Assembly (NCBI RefSeq): GCF_002113885.1
Contig: NW_018404851.1
Span: forward strand, 69,113 to 133,112
Direction: 5' to 3'
DNA from: Mizuhopecten yessoensis
Taxonomy: Eukaryota
DNA: 64,000 nt
Part shown: positions 1 to 13,854 of the stretch, in pieces
Position numbering within the stretch: position 1 is the stretch's first letter
Layout: each line of letters starts with the position of its first letter
Translations under genes and position numbers: made by a program
Notes under the pieces: model-generated
Databases searched by the model: none
The model's input: the letters and a program-made list of their open reading frames with translations, nothing else
What the model was told of the DNA's origin: nothing

Positions 1-160
1 AGGCTGCACGGCTATGTTTCTAACAGAAAGGCTGCACGGCTATGTTTCTAACAGAAAGGCTGCACGGCTATGTTTCTAACAGAAAGGCTGCACGGCTATG
101 TTTCTAACAGAAAGGCTGCACGGCTATGTTTCTAACAGAAAGGCTGCACGGCTATGTTTC
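1..160. repeat. 28-bp minisatellite (AGGCTGCACGGCTATGTTTCTAACAGAA)n, ~5.7 copies, truncated by window edge
   Basis: Identical units start at 1, 29, 57, 85, 113 and 141. Confidence 0.97.
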
Positions 161-2983
161 GTCTAATATCTCATACAATCTAATCAATGGATGTAGAGGT
201 ACAATGTAGCAACTGTACTGTGTGCTTTTCCTGTCGAACGTGATCACACCATTTCTGAATAAACTTTTATACCTAAAGATACCAAACAAATCAGACTACT
301 CTATTAAAAACTGTAATATTCTGAAAAACAATAGCATACCTACCAATAGCATACCTACCAATAGCATACCTATCATTTGAAAAGTAACAAACGAAAATAT
401 TAATGTAACCCGCCTTTTTGTTTTGAAATTAACGCAGAAAATAAACGGGAAGACGGTATAAACAGAAAATCACGTATTCATAGTTTCTTTTTTCATAGAT
501 TCGAAATATTATAAAGTATAATTTGTTAGGTAATTTTGCTTAGACATCCCTAACTGTCATATATGTTACTTTAAAACAGACTAAATCACATATAACAATG
601 TGTGTGCGTCATCTATTTCCTGCCATATAAAGTTATTCGACTAATTTAGGACTAGTTGGCAGATTTTTATTTTTACGGAGTGCCCGTGCTGGCGTGTGTC
701 TGTCAACGTCTCATTACATTTATGTTAAGTACGATGACGACAATGTTATTCCGGAACCCAGACAATACCAATAACTAGTCAGCTATTGCGTAATGTCTAC
801 TCAGGCGTGTAATTATTGACATGTATATGGTGCTGAAGTTCTCACGTAATCTGTCTGACCAGACACCGATCAGCACAGAAACGGGCAGTGTAAGTTATGT
901 CTCCCGTAGAACAATTAACAATACACAAGTTACGAGATATTAGACTCTCAGGAATAAAAACGACGTTTGAAAAGATTCAGCAATATCTATAATTTCACAT
1001 TTGTTTTTGTGCTTAGTTACAAGTTTAGTGATTGAACAACTGTTACTATTAGCATGAATGGCTGTTTTGCTTTTCCAAGGGACTTCTATATAGAATTTTC
1101 GAATCCCGCTGGCATGGACATTGGGTAAATGTATCACTTGTGTGGCGAAAATAATAAAACAAAACTAATAGACTTACAGACATATGATATGAATTTGACG
1201 TCACAATGTAATAGGTAATGATCTCTTGGGTGAGGAATAGATATAACAACAATCTGAGTTTACGTAGAATTATTATTGATATAAAATTATAAGCATTTCT
1301 TAACCCACATGTAATCGAGTAAAAAACCAGGGTTTTTCTTAGGGAAAACATGACAGACTTTACATAATCAATCCTAGGAGACCATTAAGCTCCAACAAAG
1401 TATCGCTTAAACTATGCTTAGCTAAAGTATTTGTAAGTATTAGTGTACACGGTAATTGTGGTTGTCGATAGTTGGAATTCTCTTATAAAGGCGTACAAAA
1501 ACTGTACACATAACAAACGGAATCTTTGCAATTTTGTGTCAAAATAATTTTGCCCACACTGTTTGGCTGTCGGACTTTGTATCCTGTTCCATAGTACCAT
1601 ACATTTTGTCGTTTTATGACATTGTATCGCGCTCGTTGTATTTTTTGATTATGTCTTTTTGAAACACTGTATAGAGATCTAGATCCGTATAACTATGCAG
1701 TTTGTCGTTGTGTAACATTGTACATTTTAATTTGTACTCGTTGAGACCTCTTCTTCAATTTATCCTATATTTTAAATTATAATTATGTAATTATGTCCAT
1801 TCACATCGTGAACATGTAGTTGTTATGTTTATAAAATTGAAATGAACCGGATGTATCCCCACCGAATGACATCGGTTAATACATCAATCAGGTATTTCTG
1901 AGGTCGGTAAATAAATATTCATTTTACAAACGGAAGAAATTATCCCTTCTTTATAGCATTGCTGTCATAAAAATGAGTTGATTGATAATATAACTTAATT
2001 AGTGTAGAGTTATTGCCCACTAACTCCTAATTACGTCACACATCACGGTAATGTTTAACGATGTGTACACAGGAGCGAGCCTTGAATGTTACCTTTACTT
2101 TATAAAGGTGTGCGGGTAGACTCGCTATATATTTTACTTTGTTTTTATAGCATTCGCTTCTTATTGTCAACATCAAACTTTCCTTTGTTGTTTCACTCAT
2201 TTTTTGGGCGAAAAAAGTTAACGCACAACGTCAGAAACTCAAATGATATATAAATGCTTCTATTCATATATGGTTGGAACATTACATTAAAATAGACAAT
2301 TAAATATATTTGAATGTCGAATCCCGTACTGCGCTACGAAGATGTTAAAACGATATAATTAGATTAATAAAAAAACATGTTATTGAAGATACATGTCCTG
2401 AATGCCAATGATGATGTCAATGTGAAAATGTGTTTTAAAATGTATATATTATCAAGTAACTCAAAACTGTCGATTATCGGTATTTTTAGCGTTGTCCGAG
2501 TTCATTTTGTATGAAATGGATTTATCGCTTTACTTTTACTGTATACTTTGGAAGCCGTTCCACAACCGGCTCTTCTCACGGTCTACGTCAATACTGATAG
2601 TATAACGGCGTATAAATAGCGACTGATTGTCAGTAAATCATCAACATTGACAGCCAACACTTAGGACATGAGCACTCTCTAGGGACAGTGACTAGTAGAG
2701 GTATTACTGTTTCTGACATTACTATGTCAATGACGTGCATTATGCACATCGATGACAGACGTATCGTTGTAACAGACATTATATATCGTATATTGTTGGT
2801 CGGGATTGTATATATGGAATGGAAAAGAATAAGTATACCAATAATTTAAGTGATACTTACAAAGAAATAACAATCTGCACATTCACGGCCTGTGATGTTA
2901 CTTTTATATATCAATTGTCATATGTTTACGTTATATTTGGTATGTGTTTCTATAACGACGATAATGAAAAAATAGAAAAAGGT

Positions 2984-3476
2984 TCTGAACTACAATCGTA
3001 TCTAACAAAATCAGTTAATACCGGTTATATGAAAGAAATTGCTCGACTTAGGCTGTCAGCTCACAAATTAAACATTGAATCTGCGCGTTATGTTGGCACT
3101 GTTAGAACTAATAGATTATATTATGTACAAAGTGTAATCTTAATGACATAGAAGACGAGTTTCATTTTGTTTTTAGATTACACAAGATATACAGATTTAA
3201 GACGGAAGTATTTAAAATGTTACTATAGAAATAACCCTAGTGTATATAAACTTTTTCAATTACTTAATACACAGAATATTAAAGAATTATGTAATCTTGG
3301 AAAGTATCTGATAGCGGCAAATAAGCGCCGATCAGATATATGACAGTTTATTTATGTGTGTTGTGCATTCTCCTGTGACCAATTCGGCTTTTTGTACATA
3401 TGTAAATATCCTGTTTATTATATTTTTACACTGATAAGTCGCAATACTTTAAGTTAATAAAGAACTTGAACTTGAA
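2984..3476 (+). mobile_element. 5'-truncated, frameshifted non-LTR retrotransposon 3' end (RTE-X-like)
   Basis: Across frameshifts it reads ..LQSYLTK..IARLRLSAHKLNIESARY..LCTKCNLNDIEDEFHFVF..YTDLRRKYLKCYYRNNPSVYKLFQLLNTQNIKELCNLGKYL..*. This is the C-terminal zinc-knuckle region typical of RTE-X ORF2. It ends in AATAAA followed by a GAACTT-repeat tail at 3456-3476. Confidence 0.8.
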
Positions 3477-3945
3477 GTTCGGGGCGTGGGTGGAGCGTAA
3501 GACTTTTGATGGTAGTCTATATCAACCACTGATAATTATGTTATGTTTACTTTTTCTCCCCTTTTAAGGTTATCATTATCAACTTGAGTGAATCCAGAAC
3601 CCATGTTTGATCATACTGTAGTTATAATTGTAACATATAAGACCAATACATTCATGACAAAAAGGTATATGAATAACAAATATATAAATCCATTTATTAT
3701 AAAAGCAGAAAATTGATCCTTACGGACGAAGAAATAATATAAAAAGAAAAAAATCTCAACAACGAGATGAAAATACTAAAGACTCGTTGTTGAGAATTTG
3801 TTTTTAAATATATCTATATATCTATAAAAGTTATTGCCCAGTGAATTTGATGTGCCAACGTCAAAGGAAGCGAAATACCGATTCTTGGTTTCCTGGTATT
3901 GACGATTTTATTTTCTCTTCTGCGTTTTACCTTGTTGGGTGTGGG

Positions 3946-4531
3946 TAGTCCGAATTATTCTGACGTTTTATCGACTTTTTTATATCCGTCTGTCGTCGAT
4001 TAACGTCAGAACTCCGTCCCTCTATAATATGCCGGAAATATGCGACACGCGCCCCAACAAATCGTCACTTTCACACACATGTCGCACATGGATCGAAAGA
4101 TCTATTCTTTATGCACTAGGTGGTATCAATAAGATGTTTCAAAGATCATTACGAAAAGCATTTTCCAACGTTTTCTTTTCCAACCCATGTTTTTTATGGA
4201 AATTAGGCCATGAGAAATGTCACATGACTTGACGAGATCTCGCGTTACCGAAGGTATTTCCCAACGTTATGACGTAGGCCGGCGAGATTTTAGTCACGTG
4301 ACATTGGAAGGCGGGGCTATCAAAAAACTAGAGTAAAACAGAGTAAGTTTGAAAAAATATGTTTTTAATGATTGTATTAGTTGTTNATTGTAAATTGTAA
4401 ATGAAATATGCGACCCGCTCCGGGCGCGGGTCGCATATTTCCCGCATATTATAGAGGGACGGAGTTCTGACGTTAATCGACGACAGACCGATATGAAAAA
4501 AGTCGATAAAACGTCAGAATAATTCGGACTA
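3946..4531. mobile_element. Non-autonomous hAT-type DNA transposon (MITE), complete copy
   Basis: ~100-bp terminal inverted repeats (TAGTCCGAATTATTCTGACGTTTTATCGAC... / ...GTCGATAAAACGTCAGAATAATTCGGACTA). Perfect 8-bp target-site duplication GGTGTGGG at 3938-3945 and 4532-4539; an 8-bp TSD is characteristic of hAT. Confidence 0.9.
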
Positions 4532-6304
4532 GGTGTGGGGGTATCTTCTTTGCTCCTGTAGTCATATTTTCTTTTTGTTTTGTTTTCTGTTTTGTTCTGT
4601 TTCGAACCATCACCACTTCATGTATACATTCCACACATGGATGTGTAGGTTGGCGGACAGAACATTACCGTCGGGAACAGTCACATGTAGTGATGATAGA
4701 TACGTTTAGGCTATGTTAGTAATTTTTCTGTGACAATGTAAGAGACTATTTAGATTTGTACACACTTCCGTTTCCGTAAGAGATTTTTGTCAAGGTCTCT
4801 TTAATTAAGATAATTTAGACTAATACATTTTAGTAAATCTAATCTATGAAATAATGTTTCCCATTTGAATACCATGTACATCTATCCCACCAGTATAGCA
4901 GAATACAGACATTTTATCACGAGTGCGAGGCACAAGTGAATCGATCTGTAACAGTTCTGCCATTTCAGTGATATATGAGGGGTATTCAATTGAAAAAAAC
5001 AGTACATCATTCTATCTATTAAATTTTAAAATTAGATAAATGTTACCGAATCAAAACATTGTGGTATTAAATATCGTAATATTTGGTGCCAAATTCGAAG
5101 TACTTGACAACAAGGCTGCCGGCATGGGATACATGATTCTACTAAAATCTGATAATAAACATATAGGTACTCCTATCAATCGTGTAGTCAAGTGTTATTC
5201 GAACAGTCAGATCGATATCTTACTGTATATAGCAAAGATGTACCAAAACAACAACTTATTTTGCCGTAGAACAACATCATCGTTGATATTTTAATGATAA
5301 TGATCCTGGGGTTCTCCGAAGACAATTCCGGGATGTGTAATTTGCGGTGCACATTGATGCTGATATAATGATATATCATTCTACTCAAGGACGATATAAC
5401 GTTATAACAGACCGAACAAGCATACTTCAGCCATCAAGTTTCTGGAAATTTGAAAGTTACATAATTTGATTTTTTTAACCTTTTTCATTTAGCCTGAAGC
5501 ATGAACGTAACACCCACACCCACCCACACATACACACACACACAGAGGTGACTGCTAACATTTGGTAATACGTGTATATACTCTTCGCCAAAACATAATT
5601 TCATTGCAACACATCGCTACAGCTGTTTCGTCCTTTTAGGAATTTGAGGGTGATGATAGGGACCAAAGAGTTGGAAATCAAAGTTTTCTAAACTACTGTT
5701 AAAACAGAGGGACTGGTAACCCATGAATCTAAAAAATGAAATATTTAGAGGATATTGGTTAATTTCAAACTAAATAATATGTCCAGTGTGTATAATATTA
5801 ACTGTGCCACTACTCAAGTTTTAGCAAACCAGCAGTGTCTACCACCTTGTGTATCTTGAAACATGATGTAATCTTTTTGTGAAGTTCATCATGGTTATTT
5901 TTGTACTTTGGTAATTAAGAAAGCTTTAAATGTTTAAATACAGGCTTTGAATACTATATTTAAGATTCCGATCAATACATACCAGATGTCGGGAATACGT
6001 GACAGTAACAAGACGTTACAGTATGCTATTACAGATACTGCTATGATAATACGGTAAATATATGGTATTTTGTAACGTTTACACAAAACATTTAATATCA
6101 AAACTTTACTTGATACACAAACAATGTACGCATTAAATGTGTCACAACGTTTCAAGCCCGACTGGTCCCTTTGACAATTACTATGACTATGGAGTCATAG
6201 CTTTACAAAGAGACCAGTAGGAAACGATACAACACGTTTAGTACGCTCATGATTTGTGTTAAAGTAAAACTATTAAATACATCCAAACTGATGAATGTTA
6301 TTTA

Positions 6305-6666
6305 AGAAAATATTTATCAAAAATTATGAAACAAGTTATTTCAACTTATATTAATCACTCTTGTTGGCCCGTATGTTAGCGCGCGAGGGTTCTTAGTGTG
6401 GAAGGTAACCAGAGTACAAGGAGAAAACTCACGTGATCGGATAGGTGACCCCATACCTTTTCACGTCCGATCGGGGAATCGAACCCCGGTAACCTTGGTG
6501 AAAGGCAANTGCGAGGGTTCTTAGTGTAGGAGGTAACCGGAGTACAAGGAGAAAACTCACGTGATCTGATAGGTGACCCCATAACTTTTCACGTCCGATC
6601 GGGGAATCGAACCCCGGTAACCTTGGTGAAAGGCAAGTGCGCTTTCCACTGCACAATCCGACCACC
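6305..6666 (-). mobile_element. tRNA-derived SINE with V-type central domain; contains an internal ~128-bp tandem duplication
   Basis: The minus strand has a tRNA-like head with A/B boxes (GGTTCGATTCCC), then GTTTTCTCCTTGTACTCCGGTTACCTCC, resembling the V-SINE core. The tail is shared with the copy at 28218. The duplicated halves meet at an N (6509). Confidence 0.8.
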
Positions 6667-8053
6667 TTAGGTGTTATTTAGTAAAAGAAAATATGTCCAG
6701 TCTACATTAACATTCACTCAATAACCATAATTCCCTCAAAGTGGAGTTTTCATCCTATAACCTGACCGTAGAACGTGACAAGTTTCCATATGACGTCAAC
6801 AACAATATATGTTGGTGGAGCTGTGCAAATTTTCTTCAAACGAGACACAATTATATGCGACGTCATCAACAATAGATGTGGGCAGAGTTAACCAAGGGTT
6901 ATGCAAATTTCAGGCTATTACTTTTATTGAACCGATCAGGCGTTAATATGCTTTGAAAATGCAATCTGTGTCTGCTGACAAGTCTAAAGAATAAGATAGT
7001 TTTTAAACATTCACAGAAATGTACGGTAAATATAAGGAATGTTTTTTTTTTTTTTTATTTCGGTCAGGCTATGAGCATGAGGTAATTCATTATTCAATGT
7101 TACGCCTGCTGAACTGGAGTGATCACCTCATAACGTCCATAACCAGACCAACACATGAAGTTATTCCTTAAATAATAACTACGATGCAAAAATAATCACA
7201 AATAACACTTACACAATCTACTTGTGAATAAAAACAATGCTATATATCTCCTTTGGTTCCATACCTTTACAAATCTTGTTGACAGATAATATTTGTTCTA
7301 AATTCGGTCAGTTGACGTGAGAAGTTGCAATGCAAAGTTTAAGTCTAACACGTCTACTGAGCTGAGAACATCATGGCGAATCGTGGGCTCAGATTTGACA
7401 CTAACGTGTATATAACCTGATTATCCCAAGGTACTAAGCTATTAAATGTTTATTCATCAACGTATTATTTAATTTCCAAGATATGAATGTCATTTTAATT
7501 ATACAGTTATATACACGTTCTTGGTTAATGACCTATAACTGTTTATCTGTGTCACGTAACTACAACGTGGCATTCCAAATATTTCTGTTCTATACCTATT
7601 ATAAAATGGTTGTCAAAATGAAAAAGGGATCTATTTGAAATAAGATATACGTAATGTACACAGACACGTAGGTATATCGTGTAATCCTTTAATATACTAT
7701 TCCTAGATGGATGATCTGTTGCGATTACGTATAACCTCATACAAAGTAAAGCAAAACAGTGTAATTAAGTATTCGGGACGTTACCGTTAATACAGTGTAT
7801 ATTGGAGGTACATGATATTTCGAGTGAGACAGTAAGATATTTGTGATAATGAGTCAAAGTTAGTTTACTAATGGTATTAAAGAGATCGAGTTAACATGAA
7901 CATACTGATAATATGTAAAACAATCTGATATCCAGATAAAAATTAATGAACTAATATTGAGTTAAGCGTTAATATACTGACGGTATGAATGATATCGAGA
8001 TAATCATGATCAAACTGCAGGTAATTTGCAGTTACAAAATTGGCAATATTTGT

Positions 8054-8851
8054 GATATCGAATTGCACATTAATGATATCGAGTTACACTTTTATTTACT
8101 GGCGATATTAACGATATCGAGTTAGACGTTAATTAACTGTCGGTACTAACAATGTCGAGTTACACTTGTATTTACTGTCGGTATTAACAATGTCGAGTTA
8201 CACTTCTATTTACTGGCGACATTAACGATATCGAGTTACATTTTTATTTACTGGCGATATTAACGATATCGAGTTAGACGTTAATTAACTGTCAGTACTA
8301 ACAATGTCGAGTTACACTTTTATTTACTGGCGGTATTAACGATATTGAGTTACACTTTTATTTACTGTCGGTATTAATAATGTCGAGTTAGACTTTTATT
8401 TACTGTCGGTATTAACAATGTAGAGTTACATTTTCATTTACTGGCGGTATTAACGATATCGAGTTACACTTTTATTTACTGGCGACATTAACGATATCGA
8501 GTTACATTTTTATTTACTGGCGGTATTAACGATATCGAGTTACACTTTTATTTACTGGCGATATCAACGATATTGAGTTACACTTTTGTTTACTGTCGGT
8601 ATTAATAATGTCGAGTTAGACTTTTATTTACTGTCGGTATTAACAATGTAGAGTTACATTTTCATTTACTGGCGGTATTAACGATATCGAGTTACACATT
8701 TATTTACTGGCGGTATCAACGATATTGAATTACACTTTTATTTACTGGCGGTATTAACGATATCGAGTTACACTTTTATTTACTGGCGGTATCAACGATA
8801 TCGATTTACCCTTTTATTTACTGGCGGTATCAACGATATCGAATTGCACAT
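8054..8851. repeat. 38-bp minisatellite (GATATCGAGTTACACTTTTATTTACTGGCGGTATTAAC)n, ~20 copies, with degenerate copies from ~7790
   Basis: 38-bp period visible directly (e.g. units at 8075 and 8113). Confidence 0.95.
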
Positions 8852-9773
8852 GGAGTAAAACGTGAATCTACAAACGGTATTTTTGATACCCCGTTTAACG
8901 TAAATACAATGGCGGTACTTGTGAGAACGTTATAAACTTAAATACAATTTTGGTATTGAATATATCGGAACATTTAAAACCTTAATTTACTGTGGCGATT
9001 GGATATATCAGAATCTGTAAATATCAATAAACTTATGAACAGTCGTTTCGATGGGGTCGTTAAGGAGTCTGTCCTATGACAATACGGTAATACGCTCTTC
9101 TACCAAACTAATCTGAATAGCGTTCACATGATCAACACATCTTTCTACCAGACAAAGTGGCTGACATTTACAAATACACCACGTCGCTCACAAACAGGTC
9201 TTATAATGTGTCAGATATTTATATTTTAAGAAGAAAAACAAGAACTCACGGGCTGGCTTCCATCTAAGGACGTGATTTTGTATGTTTTGACAGTAAACAT
9301 TGTTTAACAAATGTATCTATTTATTCCGATTTAGCAGACAAAGTGACAGATTTGTCTTTGTCGAGCCAGCGTATAACCAATAATACATGTTCTTACCGCT
9401 TAAATATATGCCTATATCGACCGGCTAGTCTATATAGGGTTGATTTATGACACTGGACATCATTTTAGTATCCCTGGGTTCAAATTCTGGAGACCTGTCA
9501 ATGCCAGCGGCACCATAATAACACAACACCTTCGGCGCAGTGAGCTATTATCTGACGTGTATTCAACACTTAACCACGTAGGTTTTCATTAGATTACAAA
9601 TAAGTTTGTTTTTTCATATATTTAATTTTTAATATCACAGTTCGTGAGATAGTTTCTCCTAAACATTGTTTCTCGCATTAGTCGATGTGAACAGATAACT
9701 CGATTTGTTTATTTTCACTTTCGCATCGGTACTGTTAATGACCCATATTATTAACAAAGATGATAATATGCTG

Positions 9774-10430
9774 TAGTCCGAATTATTCTGACGTTTTATC
9801 AACTTTTTTCATATCGGTCTGTCGTCGATTAACGTCAGAACTCCGGCCCTCTATAATATGCGGGAAATATGCGACCCGCACCCGGAGCGCACTTCAAACT
9901 GATATTTTAGAAACAAATCGTCACTTTCACACACATGTCGCACATGGGTCGAAAGATCTAATCTTTATGCGCTAGGTGGCATCAATAACATGTTTCAAAG
10001 ATCATTACGAAAAGTATTTATCAACGTTTTCTATACCAACCCATGTTTTTAATGAAAATTAGGCCATGAGCAATGTCACATGACTTGACGAGATCTCGCG
10101 TTACCGAAGGTATTTCCCAACGTTATGACGTAGGCCGGCGAGATTTTAGTCACGTGGCATTAAAAGGCGGGGCTATCAAAAAACTAGAGTAAAACAGAGT
10201 AAGCTTGAAAAAATATGTTTTTAGTGATTGTATTGGTTGTTTGAGGCATGTTATGTATGTTTATCTTGTGCATAAAGAATAGATATTTCGATCCATGTGC
10301 GACATGTGTGTGAAAGTGACGATTTGTTTCTAAAATATCAGTTTGAAGTGCGCTCCGGGCGCGAGTCGCATATTTCCCGCATATTATAGATGGGCGGAGT
10401 TCTGACGTTAATCGACGACAAACCGATATG
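9774..10430. mobile_element. Second copy of the hAT-type MITE; right terminus truncated by ~35 bp
   Basis: Begins TAGTCCGAATTATTCTGACGTTTTATC and is collinear with 3946-4531. Its inverted arms are longer (>200 bp). The right arm stops at ..CCGATATG. Confidence 0.88.
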
Positions 10431-11224
10431 ATAATAATAATCCAGGAAACATGAATTACAAATCAAGATTTAAAATGCCACTTTAAGTATATCTGTATTT
10501 TGAAATTTCCCTTATCTGTTCATATATGAAAATTTAGTGTACGCGTTGTGGTTTGAAGATGAAAATAGTGTATATCTGATGGTTTTCATTATTTTTGGCT
10601 CTAAGAAATAATTTGTTTTCCCAACGTCACCTACTGGTAAATATGTGTAGGTGACTAGAGAGTTCTTAAAATGTTTCGATCTCATGTTACTACTTTAATC
10701 AGGAACAATACTGCCATCAGTAAACCTAGTCAAAACTCTGAAACTTGACTTTTTATTTAAGCAACGTAATTGTCGTCAATGCGTGGCAAACTTAATCTAA
10801 ACATTAAACGTGGTAAAAAGTGTGTTGTTCTGACGTTAATCGACGACAGACCCCCCCCNCTACGTCACAATGCGGGTTTGCCTCCTGGTTGTCTATCAGT
10901 CTCTGAGACTGACAATAACTTTGTAGCTGGTATGTGTTCTGAAGGGTCCACATGATAAAAAGATATCGCTGGTAGAAAATGATAACATAATTTGTGAAGT
11001 TATAAAGACTTGATTTACAAGTTATGTGTCAGAACCTCTCAGACACGGATTTCATTAGGCTGCCTTTGTTGTACCACTGACGAGCTATGAATGGACCAAA
11101 ACGTCACATAAAAAGGTGCGGTACCGGTTAACCTTGTTTGTCTTGTTACAGTGTATATCTTATTTTGCATTTGCTGTAGGTTAATTTGAGAATTGAATTT
11201 CTGTTACCCTGGACAGATGTATCC

Positions 11225-11580
11225 GCACTTTTACCGGTGTGAGATTTCCCTGTCTCAACCTAACCTAGGGTTGAGACGGGGAGATTCCCCTATTCATAAC
11301 AATGGCTGGACGTCACTTCAACAATACAATGACGTCACGTCAACAATCCATCATCATCATGTCAAACCTGCATTTAGCATGTAGCGTTATCATTGCATTG
11401 TGTATATGATACACAATAGCTAAACAGGGTAAGAGAAAAAAAATAATTCACCCCCTTGTGGGTGAGATGGGGGAATCTCAACCCTCAGGAAAGATTCTTA
11501 AGTTGTCAAACACTCGGCAAAGCCCCGTATTTGGCAACTAAAGAATCCCCCCTCGGGTTGTGATTCCCCTATCTCATGGA
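11225..11580. repeat. Hairpin-rich dispersed repeat (probable non-autonomous DNA element, superfamily uncertain)
   Basis: Internal stem-loops CCCTGTCTCAACC..GGTTGAGACGGGG and GAGATGGGGGAATCTCAACCC..GGGTTGTGATTCCCTATCTC, plus GACGTCAC motifs. A related fragment interrupts the 44-bp array at ~55910-55998. Confidence 0.45.
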
Positions 11581-12229
11581 AATAAATCCCACTGAATCAT
11601 CCAGGGTTGGGAATCGCCTTCATATTATACATGTTACAAACTGATTTATTTACAGAAAGACTCATCATAATATTAACTGTGAAATAATTTCACATGTCAA
11701 TACCTTACAGTAAACACATCACACATATAACTACCATGAAAATAATAATTAACTTCATTGTCCCAGATTTTCTATAATTGTTTTAAAACATGTAAACTGT
11801 ACATCGCCGAATATGTCATATGGGTTTTTAGAGACAAGATAAGTAAGTATTTACTTTCGTAATGGAATTAAGGAAGTAATTAACTGCAATAAACGTAAGA
11901 ATTAACATGGACATGGACGTTTATGGGGTCACGTCTTGTTTAAAGTATATCACGGATCACATCTCATTCTTGAACAAATGACCTTTTATTACAATAAAAA
12001 GCGGAATAATCTGGTCATTCTACGAGATGTCATATATAATTGTTTTTTTCCGAGAGTCTCTTCCATCTACATGTTAATTTCTAGAGTGCTTGCAGCTATT
12101 AATTAACCGAAGTACTGTCTGTCTGACATTTCTGCCGACACCTTATGAGCAGATTCATATCATAAGACCTTCTGTATCAGATAACGATAATGATAAATGC
12201 ATTTTGTATCATGTGCTTTCAATTTAAAT

Positions 12230-12422
12230 ACTTTGTACCAGAAAAATCGGACAGTCAAACTTTCGCCTTTCCCTTGTATATTTCATATTCGCCTAACATT
12301 AATTTTGCCCTTAACTTAAATGATTCCATATTGTATGTTGTTGATTGAAATTCGCTGTCAGATTTTATTCGCCCTCATTAAAGAAGGTGAAAAAGGCGAC
12401 AGTTAAACTGCGGAATACAGTA
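12230..12422. mobile_element. Degenerate MITE with TACTG/CAGTA-type ends (Tc1/mariner-like), same family as 23030-23254
   Basis: Shares GTCAAACTTTCGCC and ATTCGCCCTCATT..GTGAAAA motifs and a TACAGTA end with the 23030 copy. Confidence 0.45.
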
Positions 12423-13854
12423 TTCTAAAGTGATTACATATAAAACATCTACAACATTTAGTAGGATAGAGGTACATATGTATGTAAACAATCTAAATGT
12501 ATTACACTGTAAAGCATTACGTAGTTAAACCTATACATTTATTTGTAGGAGTGTCTATTGGAAAAAGAGTTTTATAAGTATGGGCGTTCAAAATGATTCT
12601 GGTGCAGTAGCTTAACTTTTAAAGAACTGTTTACACCACTACCCAAAGCAATGTTGGAAGACGACTGCTTCGAATCCCTGCAGCTGATTCATTGATATTT
12701 CAGTTTCTAAAGCGTGTTTTTGGAACAACCAGTAAAGCGCAAAAATGTTGCTTCACAAAGGAAAGCAAAATGGCTGGAGATCCTCAAAACATGTAAGACA
12801 CAATTGTACGAGAGACGATTTTCTACTGATAGCCAGGGCAATCCTATTGGAATGCCCCAGTAGAACTATTGAACAAGAAAGACAACCAATGAACATATGC
12901 CATGGAAGATTTGTTGTGCTTTTAGAGTTGAACACAAAATGCCTTCCGGGTTTATCACGGCTTAATTGTATCCCAATGTAGCCAAACCAGACATGGATGG
13001 TCAATAAGCATGCATCATTCGAATGGGGAATATTTCAGTTGTCCTGAGGTCTGAGGACAATGTACACATAGTTAAACGTTACAACAACAAAGCCTTTGGT
13101 CTGATGTCTGCAATTCCTTTTTTTATATCGAAAATGCTTTCTGGTCCAAGTACAGATCCTGAAAACCCACCAAAATCAATAATTCTGTCATGTGGTACAG
13201 CATTGCTTTTTTTCTGCGGCCACTCTTTGTATCTGTTTTGTTGAAACAATACCTGGTCAAGATAGGTTTGTCGACAGATATCAATTTTGATTATCTTAGA
13301 CACGTGAATAGTATTGCATTATCAAAGGAAATTGATGCAGTAATCGATTTTATTATAACTGAATAGTTTTATCCAAACAAGACTTTCGCAATTGCACGGT
13401 ACACTCTATCAGAACGTTTTATGTTGAGCGACTTTGACGGCATGTTGATAAAAAAAAACTGTCATCTAGATGGTTTTTTTTTTCTTTTTTTCTTCTTCTG
13501 GATTCCCGACACAAGTCGGAAGTGGTAATTCGTTCATATCATAACTAAACTCACGATGGATTTTGAAATAGGATGGAACACAGCCCTGGAGAGCTGTACA
13601 CTGGAAATGTGTTGATTTTGGAACTGTTCCGTAGGAATATTGCCAAGTTCACATTTGCTTGGCGGATTTCTAAACCTGTATCATATGCTCATCTTTAAAT
13701 CTAATAATAGGCGATAAAGATGCAAAAGTGATGGCGACCATTTTTTAACGATAAACTGTGCTGGATAAGTGAAACTTTGTACATATAGGTTATATTCAAA
13801 GACACCATTAATCATCCCCCCATCGGAAGAGCTGTAAGTTCTAAAGTTTATGAC

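Noticed and set aside
2819-3151. 110-aa ORF as a host gene
   Set aside because: Only its 3' half is protein-like, and that part belongs to a frameshifted RTE-X fragment.
3754-3795. 13-bp stem hairpin followed by T-rich sequence (terminator-like)
   Set aside because: Rho-independent terminators are not meaningful in this eukaryotic context; probably a repeat remnant.
6595-6666. tRNA gene
   Set aside because: A/B-box head continuous with a SINE body; no convincing cloverleaf or acceptor stem.
12830-12910. Resemblance to Gypsy RT motif (YWNAPVELLNKKD)
   Set aside because: Too short, surrounded by stops, and no downstream RT motifs in any frame.
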